From NCBI GenBank assembly GCA_026414305.1, contig JAOAJH010000003.1, positions 64,994 through 128,993 on the forward strand: a stretch of DNA of 64,000 nt. Reading direction: 5' to 3'. Each line of letters begins with the position of its first letter. Position 1 is the first letter of the stretch. Position numbers and translations under genes: made by a program. Origin of the DNA: Candidatus Aenigmatarchaeota archaeon. GTDB taxonomy: Archaea > Aenigmatarchaeota > Aenigmatarchaeia > CG10238-14. This document shows, piece after piece, positions 49,438 through 56,637 of the stretch. The notes below the pieces were generated by a model that saw nothing but the letters and a program-made list of their open reading frames with translations, had not been told where the DNA came from and searched no databases.

Positions 49438-50287
49438 ATGTCACCACAATTTTTATTTTTTTGATGCCTAGCTCAGAGGATTTTGTGTCTATCAAAATCT
49501 CTGGATAACAACTTTGGCCAAATTCTAAATCGCAACTGCCTGTTTTTTCGTTTAAAATATTCAAATCAGCCGGAATTATCCATTCATAGGAAATCTTTCT
49601 TAATCCGTTCAAATTACTTGTCAATACAGCCTTGATTGAAAATGTATTACCTCTTGTGGCCTTTTGGTTATAGTCAAACTCTATTTTTACTTTACCACTT
49701 GACACATCAGTTAAATCATTTGAAACATTATAGGATTCAGAAATTTGATTGTCTGAATAATTGCTATCTGGAATTTGGGTTGTAGAAACTGTCGAAAATT
49801 CATCACCTATTGTTGAAGTTGTAGCAGAAATTTGATTGTCTGAAACTGTCGATGTTTCTTGATCCTCGAAAGATGTCGTAGTTGACATGATATCGCTAGA
49901 TGATGTTACTGTCAAAGTGTCGAAAACTTCAGGAAAATTGCCTGTTACAGGATTGCTTGAATTGTCGATGTTTTGTGCTATTATAAGAACAGGTATTGCC
50001 ATCAGTATTAGTGCCAAGAGAAAGATTTGCACCTGTCCTGTTTCAGCTTTTTCGCTAGCTACTGCATGAACTGGTTTGTATTTTGGCAAGAAACAAAGCT
50101 TTGCCATACCGACTTTTCTTTCTTCCACCTTGCCTGATAGGATTAGATCCTTTACGTATTTTGTTGCTGTGTGTCTATGAATGCCTGCTTTGTCTGCTAA
50201 AGAAGATATTGTTAATCCCTCTGGATGCTTTGACAAAACGTCCAAAATGTTTTTCATCAAATTTTGTTCCATATGGAATTTCCCCAT
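49430..50287 (-). CDS. Membrane-tethered winged-HTH protein (HTH - TM - Ser/Thr-rich linker - Ig-like domain)
   Basis: LSKHPEGLTISSLA...HRHTATKYV...KVGMAKL, then IFLLALILMAIPVLIIA. Stop overlaps the start of the giant ORF by 8 nt. Start may be 50272. Confidence 0.85.
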   Translation of the reverse strand: MGKFHMEQNLMKNILDVLSKHPEGLTISSLADKAGIHRHTATKYVKDLILSGKVEERKVGMAKLCFLPKYKPVHAVASEKAETGQVQIFLLALILMAIPVLIIAQNIDNSSNPVTGNFPEVFDTLTVTSSSDIMSTTTSFEDQETSTVSDNQISATTSTIGDEFSTVSTTQIPDSNYSDNQISESYNVSNDLTDVSSGKVKIEFDYNQKATRGNTFSIKAVLTSNLNGLRKISYEWIIPADLNILNEKTGSCDLEFGQSCYPEILIDTKSSELGIKKIKIVVTYE

Positions 50288-50298
50288 CTAGTATTGGC

Positions 50299-50319
50299 CA
50301 ATATTGTTATACAATATTG
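50299..50319. promoter_or_regulatory. Palindromic candidate operator CAATATTGT-TAT-ACAATATTG
   Basis: Perfect 9-3-9 inverted repeat just upstream of the HTH-TM/giant operon. The core 15-mer recurs at 52931. Confidence 0.7.
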
Positions 50320-50516
50320 TCGATTGATATAAGTGCTGCGAATCAATCTAGCAAAAGTGTCGAATCGACAGTATTTTCAAAAAACGACAAAAACATATCT
50401 ATATTTTATATGATTATTTTTCATTTTCAAGCAATTTCTTTCAAAATTGTCGATTTGCAACTTTTATGAAAAGTCGAACATACAAGTGTCGAATAGAAAA
50501 CAATTTTATATCGACA
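50318..50516. promoter_or_regulatory. Cluster of TGTCGA/TCGACA boxes in the divergent intergenic region
   Basis: Exact copies at 50318, 50358, 50365, 50448, 50487 and 50511; near-copies at 50384 and 50472. Includes the palindrome TGTCGA-A-TCGACA (50358-50370). Confidence 0.6.
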
Positions 50517-50532
50517 ATACAAATAATAAGAT

Positions 50533-50937
50533 ATGATAAAGTTTCTAGGTCAGGAAAAGGCTAAACAAACAGAAGATGATCTAAACAAGCAGTTAAACAT
50601 ACAACATGCTCAACTATTCAAGGTAATAGAGGATATGAGAGAGTTAAACCAGAAAATAGAAAGGATATTTGTTGAGTTGGAACAAATAAAACAAAAGTTG
50701 GATAAAACTCCAATTTCGGACAACGGTTTTGAAAATCAAGCTCAACTTAAAAAGGATAAGACAAAAGAAGCAATAAAAATAATTTTGAGAAAAAAAGGCA
50801 GAATGACATCAGAAGATCTATCAAAACTCATTGGATTGTCAAGGTCAAGGTGCAATGAATATTTGAAAGAAATGGAAAGAAACAAAGAGGCTAAATCAGA
50901 AATAGAGAATAGAAAGAAATATTACAGGCTTGTTTAA
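50533..50937 (+). CDS. Coiled-coil + C-terminal winged-HTH DNA-binding protein
   Basis: N-terminal heptads; MTSEDLSKLIGLSRSRCNEYLKEME HTH; RKKYY wing. Confidence 0.8.
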   Translation: MIKFLGQEKAKQTEDDLNKQLNIQHAQLFKVIEDMRELNQKIERIFVELEQIKQKLDKTPISDNGFENQAQLKKDKTKEAIKIILRKKGRMTSEDLSKLIGLSRSRCNEYLKEMERNKEAKSEIENRKKYYRLV

Positions 50938-51644
50938 ACACTCATTTCCTTCATTATCTCTTTTGAATAATCCTTCCACAGCTTGAAAACTTTTGCTTCA
51001 TCAAACAAGTCTAAAGGCATCTCTTTTGTCGAAAGGTCTTTTATAACAGATTTGTAATATGAAAAGAAGTTTGTGCCGAAATAAGGTGAAAAGATCAATG
51101 ATTGAGATAGCAACAAAATACTGTCTAAATCAACTTTTAGTTTTTTCTTCAAAGTAACTATTATAAAGTAATTAAAAATTGTTATCAGTGGTGCTGTTAT
51201 GCAAAGCTCATAATTGTTTTTCAAATTCTGTTTGTCGCCAAATAATATCTTAAGCCTTTGAAGCATGAAAAATACTTCTCTGTTTGTGTCAATATAATAT
51301 AAAAGCTTCTTCTTGTTCTTTATACAACTTAATATGTGAAACGGCAAATCGTTTTCAAATGACACTCTGCTTTTTTTAGCATGCTCATCCAAAAAATCAA
51401 ATATCCATTCTGTTTTGCCATATATTAGATCGCCAGAAACGCCTCTTACTTTGACTTTGCCTTTACTTTCAATAAAACCCTTTTCCAACATTTCTTTCCA
51501 AATTGATTTGTTCAGACCTTTTTGATATAAAGCATTGCCGTCATAACCCCAAAAATCTTGTATTTCATTTATCGTCCTCGGTCTATCTAAACAGCTTGAC
51601 CATATTATCCAAAACTTGTCAAAAGCCCAAATTTGCCTCTCCAT
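50934..51644 (-). CDS. Hypothetical protein, possible degenerate N-terminal wHTH
   Basis: G-rich RBS; PRTINEIQ..W...LYQ...EMLEKGFI pattern. Confidence 0.65.
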   Translation of the reverse strand: MERQIWAFDKFWIIWSSCLDRPRTINEIQDFWGYDGNALYQKGLNKSIWKEMLEKGFIESKGKVKVRGVSGDLIYGKTEWIFDFLDEHAKKSRVSFENDLPFHILSCIKNKKKLLYYIDTNREVFFMLQRLKILFGDKQNLKNNYELCITAPLITIFNYFIIVTLKKKLKVDLDSILLLSQSLIFSPYFGTNFFSYYKSVIKDLSTKEMPLDLFDEAKVFKLWKDYSKEIMKEMSV

Positions 51645-51784
51645 TCTACCCCCCGGCCAGACGGTCTGAACTGTATGTTTTTTGAAATTGCCTGTTTTTT
51701 GTTTTAGTTAACTATAACATTTTAAATTTTTAAAATTTAGGCACCTATAACATTTTTTTACTAGATGAAACGTTAGTGAAACGA

Positions 51785-51976
51785 TTATTTTTTCCCTATC
51801 TTCCTTAAAACTGGCAAAGCTGTTCTAGGGCTTTCAACTACTTCATATCCTATTGGCAAATCTATTGAATCAACAGGATCTTTTGAGAAATAATATACTT
51901 TTTTCTTTTCAGAAAAATGCAAATAGTATTTTTCACCCTTTTTATTTTTATAAGAATACCCACCAAAAAGTCCCAT
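51785..51976 (-). CDS. Small basic beta-rich hypothetical protein
   Basis: YYLH...YYFSK...DLP.GYEVVE...LPVL pattern; 63 aa. Confidence 0.65.
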   Translation of the reverse strand: MGLFGGYSYKNKKGEKYYLHFSEKKKVYYFSKDPVDSIDLPIGYEVVESPRTALPVLRKIGKK

Positions 51977-51989
51977 AAAAATCACAAAA

Positions 51990-52886
51990 TTACTCTGCTA
52001 CTATTGTCAAAATACTTGTGGAAGTATTACCTGTTGGAACGCCTCTTGGCACTAGCACTGTTAAATTGAGTGTGTGGATCATTCCTGACATGAAATCTTC
52101 TGTTGTTATGTATTTTCTAGCTGAACAAGCTGGTAGTGTTTGATTATAATCCCATTGTGCTACCATTATTCTTGAGCAATCTCTGTATATGTATACACAA
52201 TAATCTTGCAAAGGTCCTGATGAAAACGTCCATGAACTCCATTCAGTTGTGTTTGCTTCAAATGTTGCTGCGATTGTGCCGACAGTCATGTCTCTGTTTG
52301 GCGATGATAAAGATTCTGCTGATGACTTTATTCTAAACTCCATTTGGCTGCCGTTCAAGCATTCACCAACAGTTGCGCTGTCATTGAAATTCCACAAATA
52401 TATGTCAGTGAAATTCCTGAAATATCCCCATGATACAGCGTCTGCTGGATTCAAAGTCATGTATGTTGGTTGCTCTGTTTCATTCCATTCGATTCTATTG
52501 ACAAATCTATAGCCTGCTTCACCTGTCTCGTTTTTCAGCACTAAAAACGATCCTGCAGCATATAATGTAGGATTACCTTTTCCTATCGGATTTGTTGTTT
52601 CTATTGCAAATGAATTAACAGTTGACCATAACTTTGTGAAATTGACTGAACCTGTGTTTTGAATATCAACACTGTAAAGTGTTGCTGTGTATGTTGGCAC
52701 AATGTCCAACCATTCTATAGCAGCTGGTGTCACTATGATTTCTGATAGCAAAGAAACGTTCAAAGATATTATAACAGTATCATTTGTTGCTGCTTTTACA
52801 GAAGGTATGTTTGTGGTCAAAATGAAAGACAAGATAATTGATAAAATCCCTATGATTAAAAAAAATGTATTTCTACCTACTTTCAT
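51990..52886 (-). CDS. Secreted beta-rich surface protein (possible filament subunit)
   Basis: Signal peptide ending VKA; IQNTGSVN; four Cys; multiple NxS/T; C-terminal VPRGVPTG..SILTIVAE; no membrane anchor. Confidence 0.7.
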   Translation of the reverse strand: MKVGRNTFFLIIGILSIILSFILTTNIPSVKAATNDTVIISLNVSLLSEIIVTPAAIEWLDIVPTYTATLYSVDIQNTGSVNFTKLWSTVNSFAIETTNPIGKGNPTLYAAGSFLVLKNETGEAGYRFVNRIEWNETEQPTYMTLNPADAVSWGYFRNFTDIYLWNFNDSATVGECLNGSQMEFRIKSSAESLSSPNRDMTVGTIAATFEANTTEWSSWTFSSGPLQDYCVYIYRDCSRIMVAQWDYNQTLPACSARKYITTEDFMSGMIHTLNLTVLVPRGVPTGNTSTSILTIVAE

Positions 52887-52929
52887 CAGATACCACTAAG
52901 ATTAATATTGTTATCCCTATTTATAAAAT

Positions 52930-52946
52930 TTATTGTTATACAATAA
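52930..52946. promoter_or_regulatory. Second copy of the candidate operator, TTATTGT-TAT-ACAATAA
   Basis: 15-mer TATTGTTATACAATA (52931-52945) is identical to 50302-50316. A degenerate copy ATTGTTTATCAAT lies at 52958-52970. Confidence 0.7.
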
Positions 52947-52986
52947 TTTTAAATATAATTGTTTATCAATATTTATTATAGATTTT

Positions 52987-53235
52987 ATGTCTGATCCAAA
53001 ACACCATATAATAGAAGTGTTGAAGAAGCATCCTGAAGGTCTGACATTACAAAAAATAGCGCAATTAACAAACATGAGCAGACTGACTGCTACAAAATAT
53101 GTCCACGAGTTAATCGGCGGCGGTATAGTTTACCAAAGAAAAGTTGGTGTTGCAAAATTATGCTATCTTAAAGACAGATACATAAAACTGGTTAAAGAAG
53201 AGGAAATACTGGAACAGTTGAAAAAGATATCATAA
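52987..53235 (+). CDS. Soluble winged-HTH regulator, paralog of the HTH in 49430-50287
   Basis: LKKHPEGLTLQKIA...SRLTATKYV...RKVGVAKLCYL; likely start MSDPK at 52987. Confidence 0.85.
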   Translation: MSDPKHHIIEVLKKHPEGLTLQKIAQLTNMSRLTATKYVHELIGGGIVYQRKVGVAKLCYLKDRYIKLVKEEEILEQLKKIS

Positions 53236-53502
53236 ATAGCTTATAAAACCATTTTTTTCCAATTCACTTAAAATGTTTATTAAAGTTGGCTTTACATCTT
53301 CCTGGTTTGCCTCTATTCCCTTTGCTATTTCTTCAGCTATCTGATCTATATTTCTGCTGCCGTCACACAAACTTAAAATAAAGTTTATTCCAGGGTCTAT
53401 TTCCCAAACTCTGGATCCATCAAAAGTTGCATATAAAGACCCTATGTTTGATATTATTTTCAGTTTGCTTGATTTTATCGGTCTTTTTTGAAACTCTTCC
53501 AT
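53230..53502 (-). CDS. PqqD/RRE-like small winged-helix protein
   Basis: Three beta strands followed by ILSLCDGSRNIDQIAEEI...ILSELEKNGFI. Confidence 0.7.
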   Translation of the reverse strand: MEEFQKRPIKSSKLKIISNIGSLYATFDGSRVWEIDPGINFILSLCDGSRNIDQIAEEIAKGIEANQEDVKPTLINILSELEKNGFISYL

Positions 53503-53641
53503 ATTATTATTAATCACATTTGATAAATATAAATGATAACCATTAAGTTATATACTAATTGTTTATGTTTATAAAAATTATATATTATAAAATATAAATA
53601 TTTATAAATCATTAATTATATTACTACTTTAAGGTGATAAT

Positions 53642-53827
53642 ATGGGGAAAACATATGCTGAAAAAACTGCTGATTTTTTTGGTAGCTTGTTTGCAGCAAT
53701 CTCATTGTACGCAATGTATACAATGATCGATATTGCGTCAAGATACGCAAATACACCAGATCTACCTTTGTCAGCGATTGATGTTTACAATAAAATTCAG
53801 CCTTATTTAAGTCATATTTTGAGATAA
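53642..53827 (+). CDS. Small hypothetical protein with one hydrophobic segment
   Basis: AGGTGA RBS; 61 aa. Confidence 0.55.
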   Translation: MGKTYAEKTADFFGSLFAAISLYAMYTMIDIASRYANTPDLPLSAIDVYNKIQPYLSHILR

Positions 53828-53914
53828 TTTTCTTTTTTTTAATTAGATAGCTTTAAAAACTTTGAAAATAACAAATTTAATTGCAAAACTCGATATTAGT
53901 TTGAGTGTGTTAAT

Positions 53915-54109
53915 ATGATTATACCAGTAAGATGTTTTTCTTGCGGAAAGCCTGTTGGGCATCTGTGGGAAGATTATCAAAAAAGAGTAAAAAATGGTGA
54001 AGATAGTGAAAAGGTATTGAATGAGTTAGGGTTAGAAAGATATTGTTGCAGATCCCTATTCTTAGGTCATGTTGATTTAATCAAAAAAGTTGCAGAGTTC
54101 AAACATTGA
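53915..54109 (+). CDS. rpoN: RNA polymerase subunit N (Rpo10)
   Basis: MIIPVRCFSCGK...LGLERYCCR. Confidence 0.98.
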   Translation: MIIPVRCFSCGKPVGHLWEDYQKRVKNGEDSEKVLNELGLERYCCRSLFLGHVDLIKKVAEFKH

Positions 54110-54119
54110 GGTGTAAATA

Positions 54120-54374
54120 ATGCCCGAGTGGCCAAAAGATAGATTAACAAGATTTGAAGTTGCTAGAATAATAGGCGCAAGATCACTTCAAATATTTCTA
54201 GGTGCACCTGTGTTAATAAAAACAGATTCTTCTGATCCTATGGAAATAGCTGAACAAGAGTTTAAGCAAGTAAAAATACCAATGACAATAAAGAGGCCCA
54301 TGCCTGACGGATCAAAGGAGATAGTTGACATAAAAAAGGCAATTAAAAACTGGGTAGAAGAAAACCCAAATTAA
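54120..54374 (+). CDS. rpoK: RNA polymerase subunit K (Rpo6)
   Basis: LTRFEVARIIGARSLQI..GAP; IAEQE; PMTIKR. Confidence 0.97.
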   Translation: MPEWPKDRLTRFEVARIIGARSLQIFLGAPVLIKTDSSDPMEIAEQEFKQVKIPMTIKRPMPDGSKEIVDIKKAIKNWVEENPN

Positions 54375-54375
54375 A

Positions 54376-55446
54376 CTATCTTGTTATTTTAGCATTCTTG
54401 ACAGTCTCAAACAGCTCTTTAGCCTTGCCTTTCTCAAAATGCTTTCTAACAGGATCTATGATTTTGTCCAAAGCTTGAACAGTAGCATTCTTTAAATCTA
54501 AAGGATGTATATCGCCTGATGCAAACATCTTTTCCAGTTTACCATAACTTTCTACAGTTACATCACCACCAAACTTTTGAGGCCTTTTTATTTCAAAATA
54601 ATCAAACTTTCTCATGATTATGTATTTCCATATTTCCAGTATAGGATTCCCTTCAATTTGTTTTTCTGGGCAATAGGATTTTTTTATTTTTTCTGCTATT
54701 TCCTCTGTGCTATCATGAATAAATATTGCAGTGTGAGGTTTTGATTTGCTCATTTTAGCATCTAAATCGTCTTTTCCCATTCTTCCTGCTTCAAACCCTT
54801 GCAGTCCGGCTAATAGATGGTGATGAACACACACTCTTATCGAGCCATCAATTTTAGGTGCCAATTCTCTTGTCAATATTGTTGCCTTTCTTTGATCCAT
54901 ACCGAGCTGCAAAATGTCTGCCTTAATGTAAAAAGGATCCCACGCCTGCATCATAGGATAAAGTAGCTGTGCTGTATATTGCATTTCGCCTTCCTTTCTT
55001 CCCATAATTGTGCAAGCTCTCACTGTTCGCTGAACAGTCGTGTTTTTAGCAATATCTATCACACCTCTCCAATAATCAGGATCAGAAACAGCATCACTTG
55101 TCCACATTATTTTTACTTTTTTAATGTCAACTCCACAAGCCTTCCATCCCTCAATGTAATATTCTCCTGTTTTTTTAATCAAATCTAAATTTCCCCCCAT
55201 TTTATTATTTATGTAAGCAAACCAATCAGCTATCCACAAGATAAAATCACATTTAGCATCCAGCATATCCTGAAGTTTTATTGCCCTTAAAATACCAGAG
55301 CCTAAATGAAGCAAGCCTGATGTTTCAAAACCGTCATATGCAGTTGGTTTTTGCTTAGTTTGAAGCAAAATTTTCAAGTCATCTTCTGTTATTATTTCCT
55401 CTGTTGGTGCTTTCTTTATCAATTCAATTCTCCTTTCCAAGTCCAT
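54376..55446 (-). CDS. tyrS: Tyrosyl-tRNA synthetase (archaeal type)
   Basis: YDGFETSG..HLG, LYPMMQ..D, GMDQRK, KMSKS and HPLDLK motifs. Confidence 0.96.
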   Translation of the reverse strand: MDLERRIELIKKAPTEEIITEDDLKILLQTKQKPTAYDGFETSGLLHLGSGILRAIKLQDMLDAKCDFILWIADWFAYINNKMGGNLDLIKKTGEYYIEGWKACGVDIKKVKIMWTSDAVSDPDYWRGVIDIAKNTTVQRTVRACTIMGRKEGEMQYTAQLLYPMMQAWDPFYIKADILQLGMDQRKATILTRELAPKIDGSIRVCVHHHLLAGLQGFEAGRMGKDDLDAKMSKSKPHTAIFIHDSTEEIAEKIKKSYCPEKQIEGNPILEIWKYIIMRKFDYFEIKRPQKFGGDVTVESYGKLEKMFASGDIHPLDLKNATVQALDKIIDPVRKHFEKGKAKELFETVKNAKITR

Positions 55447-55447
55447 A

Positions 55448-55624
55448 TCATACCACCTTTATAGCTTTCCCTGGGCATGCGTCAATAGCATGGCTTACAC
55501 ATGAAAATATTTTATTTTTTTTCACTTTACATTTGCCGTCATTGCCAATCTCAAAAACTTCGTCGCACACAGAAACACAAACCCCACAACCAAAACATTT
55601 TTCTTTATCAACAAAAATCCTCAT
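55448..55624 (-). CDS. Monocluster ferredoxin (58 aa; absent from the ORF track)
   Basis: Manual translation MRIFVDKEKCFGCGVCVSVCDEVFEIGNDGKCKVKKNKIFSCVSHAIDACPGKAIKVV; CxxCxxC...CP motif. Confidence 0.92.
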   Translation of the reverse strand: MRIFVDKEKCFGCGVCVSVCDEVFEIGNDGKCKVKKNKIFSCVSHAIDACPGKAIKVV

Positions 55625-55646
55625 ATTTAATATTTCAAAATTAATT

Positions 55647-56174
55647 TTATAAATCTCTTGATTTCCATTCCTTTTCTGATATTTTTAATCTTTTGTTGCA
55701 AATTCTGGCCGATGCAAAAAGCAAGTCAGAAAGCCTATTCAAATAAGCGATAATATTTCTATTGACCTGATGTTTTTTTGAAAGTTTCACAACATATCTT
55801 TCTGCCTCTCTGCATTTTGTTCTTGATATGTGAATTAAAGATGACAATTCACCAGTAGGTAAAATAAAGTTTTTCAATTCTGGAAGCTCGCCTTCATATT
55901 TTTCTATTTTGTTTTCAATGAAAACAACATGATCTTTGTTTATCATTTTTCTTGATGGATATGCAATTTCTGCGCCAACTTCAAACAAATGTTTTTGTAT
56001 GTTTTCAAAATCTTCGGAAATGTCCTTGAAATTTATCTTTGAAATTATCAAACCCAAATAACTATTTAGCTCGTCAATTTTTCCGATAGCTTCCATTCTT
56101 TCGTCATCCTTCCAAACTCTTTTATCTATTAGATTAGTTTTTCCATCATCGCCTGATCCTATGTTCGGTTTCAT
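55647..56174 (-). CDS. PduO-type cob(I)alamin adenosyltransferase family protein
   Basis: GDDGKT, G.IDELNS, FILP, RTKCREAER and YLNRLSDLLF motifs. Confidence 0.9.
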   Translation of the reverse strand: MKPNIGSGDDGKTNLIDKRVWKDDERMEAIGKIDELNSYLGLIISKINFKDISEDFENIQKHLFEVGAEIAYPSRKMINKDHVVFIENKIEKYEGELPELKNFILPTGELSSLIHISRTKCREAERYVVKLSKKHQVNRNIIAYLNRLSDLLFASARICNKRLKISEKEWKSRDL

Positions 56175-56175
56175 T

Positions 56176-56637
56176 TCACTCCCTTGCAACATCAACTATT
56201 TTTCCTTTAATTAAATTCATCAAATCTTTTGAATTTATTTCTATTCCAAAATAAATGTCACCAGACCCAAAATTTATTTTTTCTGTTTCAAAAACTCTTT
56301 TATCGACCAATATCTCTTTTTCTATTAAAATAGGGCAGACTTCGCCTTGAAAAAATCCTATTGAAAAAAGCTCATCATTGTTCAAAAATCTTATATCTGA
56401 TTTCCCCAATATTTTTGACAGTTTTTTATTGTCTATTTTCAAAACACCCGGAATCATTACCGCATAAATTTCATTACCAGCTTTTATTAAAATGGTTTTG
56501 ATTATCTCCCTAGGATTTATATCATAAAACATTGCAACTTCTTCAGCAGTTCTAGCTGGTTTGCCAATATCCAAAATTCTATAATAAACACCCTTCTGCT
56601 TTAGTTTTTCTATTGCCCTTAATATTTTTTCGTTCAT
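56176..56637 (-). CDS. YbaK/ProX-family deacylase (second copy)
   Basis: TAEEVA, IIKTIL, GFFQGEVCP and NFGSG motifs. The ATGA overlap supports a start at 56637. Confidence 0.85.
   Translation of the reverse strand: MNEKILRAIEKLKQKGVYYRILDIGKPARTAEEVAMFYDINPREIIKTILIKAGNEIYAVMIPGVLKIDNKKLSKILGKSDIRFLNNDELFSIGFFQGEVCPILIEKEILVDKRVFETEKINFGSGDIYFGIEINSKDLMNLIKGKIVDVARE

Noticed and set aside
49739..49843. Direct repeat AGAAATTTGATTGTCTGAA (SDNQIS twice)
   Set aside because: A small duplication in a low-complexity Ser/Thr linker; not evidence of a separate element.
50083..50469. 128-aa plus-strand ORF across the regulatory region
   Set aside because: It overlaps the HTH-TM gene antisense and the motif-rich promoter, and has no protein-like features.
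50288..50532. CRISPR array or canonical ORB replication origin
   Set aside because: The repeats are 6-mers with irregular spacing, there is no ORB-like consensus with a G-string, and no cas or cdc6/orc1 gene is adjacent.
51641..51672. GC-rich patch as a tRNA fragment or ncRNA
   Set aside because: No cloverleaf or stable hairpin; the G-run is explained as the RBS of the 236-aa gene.
11074..53827. Integrated mobile element or provirus
   Set aside because: No integrase, transposase, capsid or replication gene was seen, and no att-like duplication of the tRNA ends.
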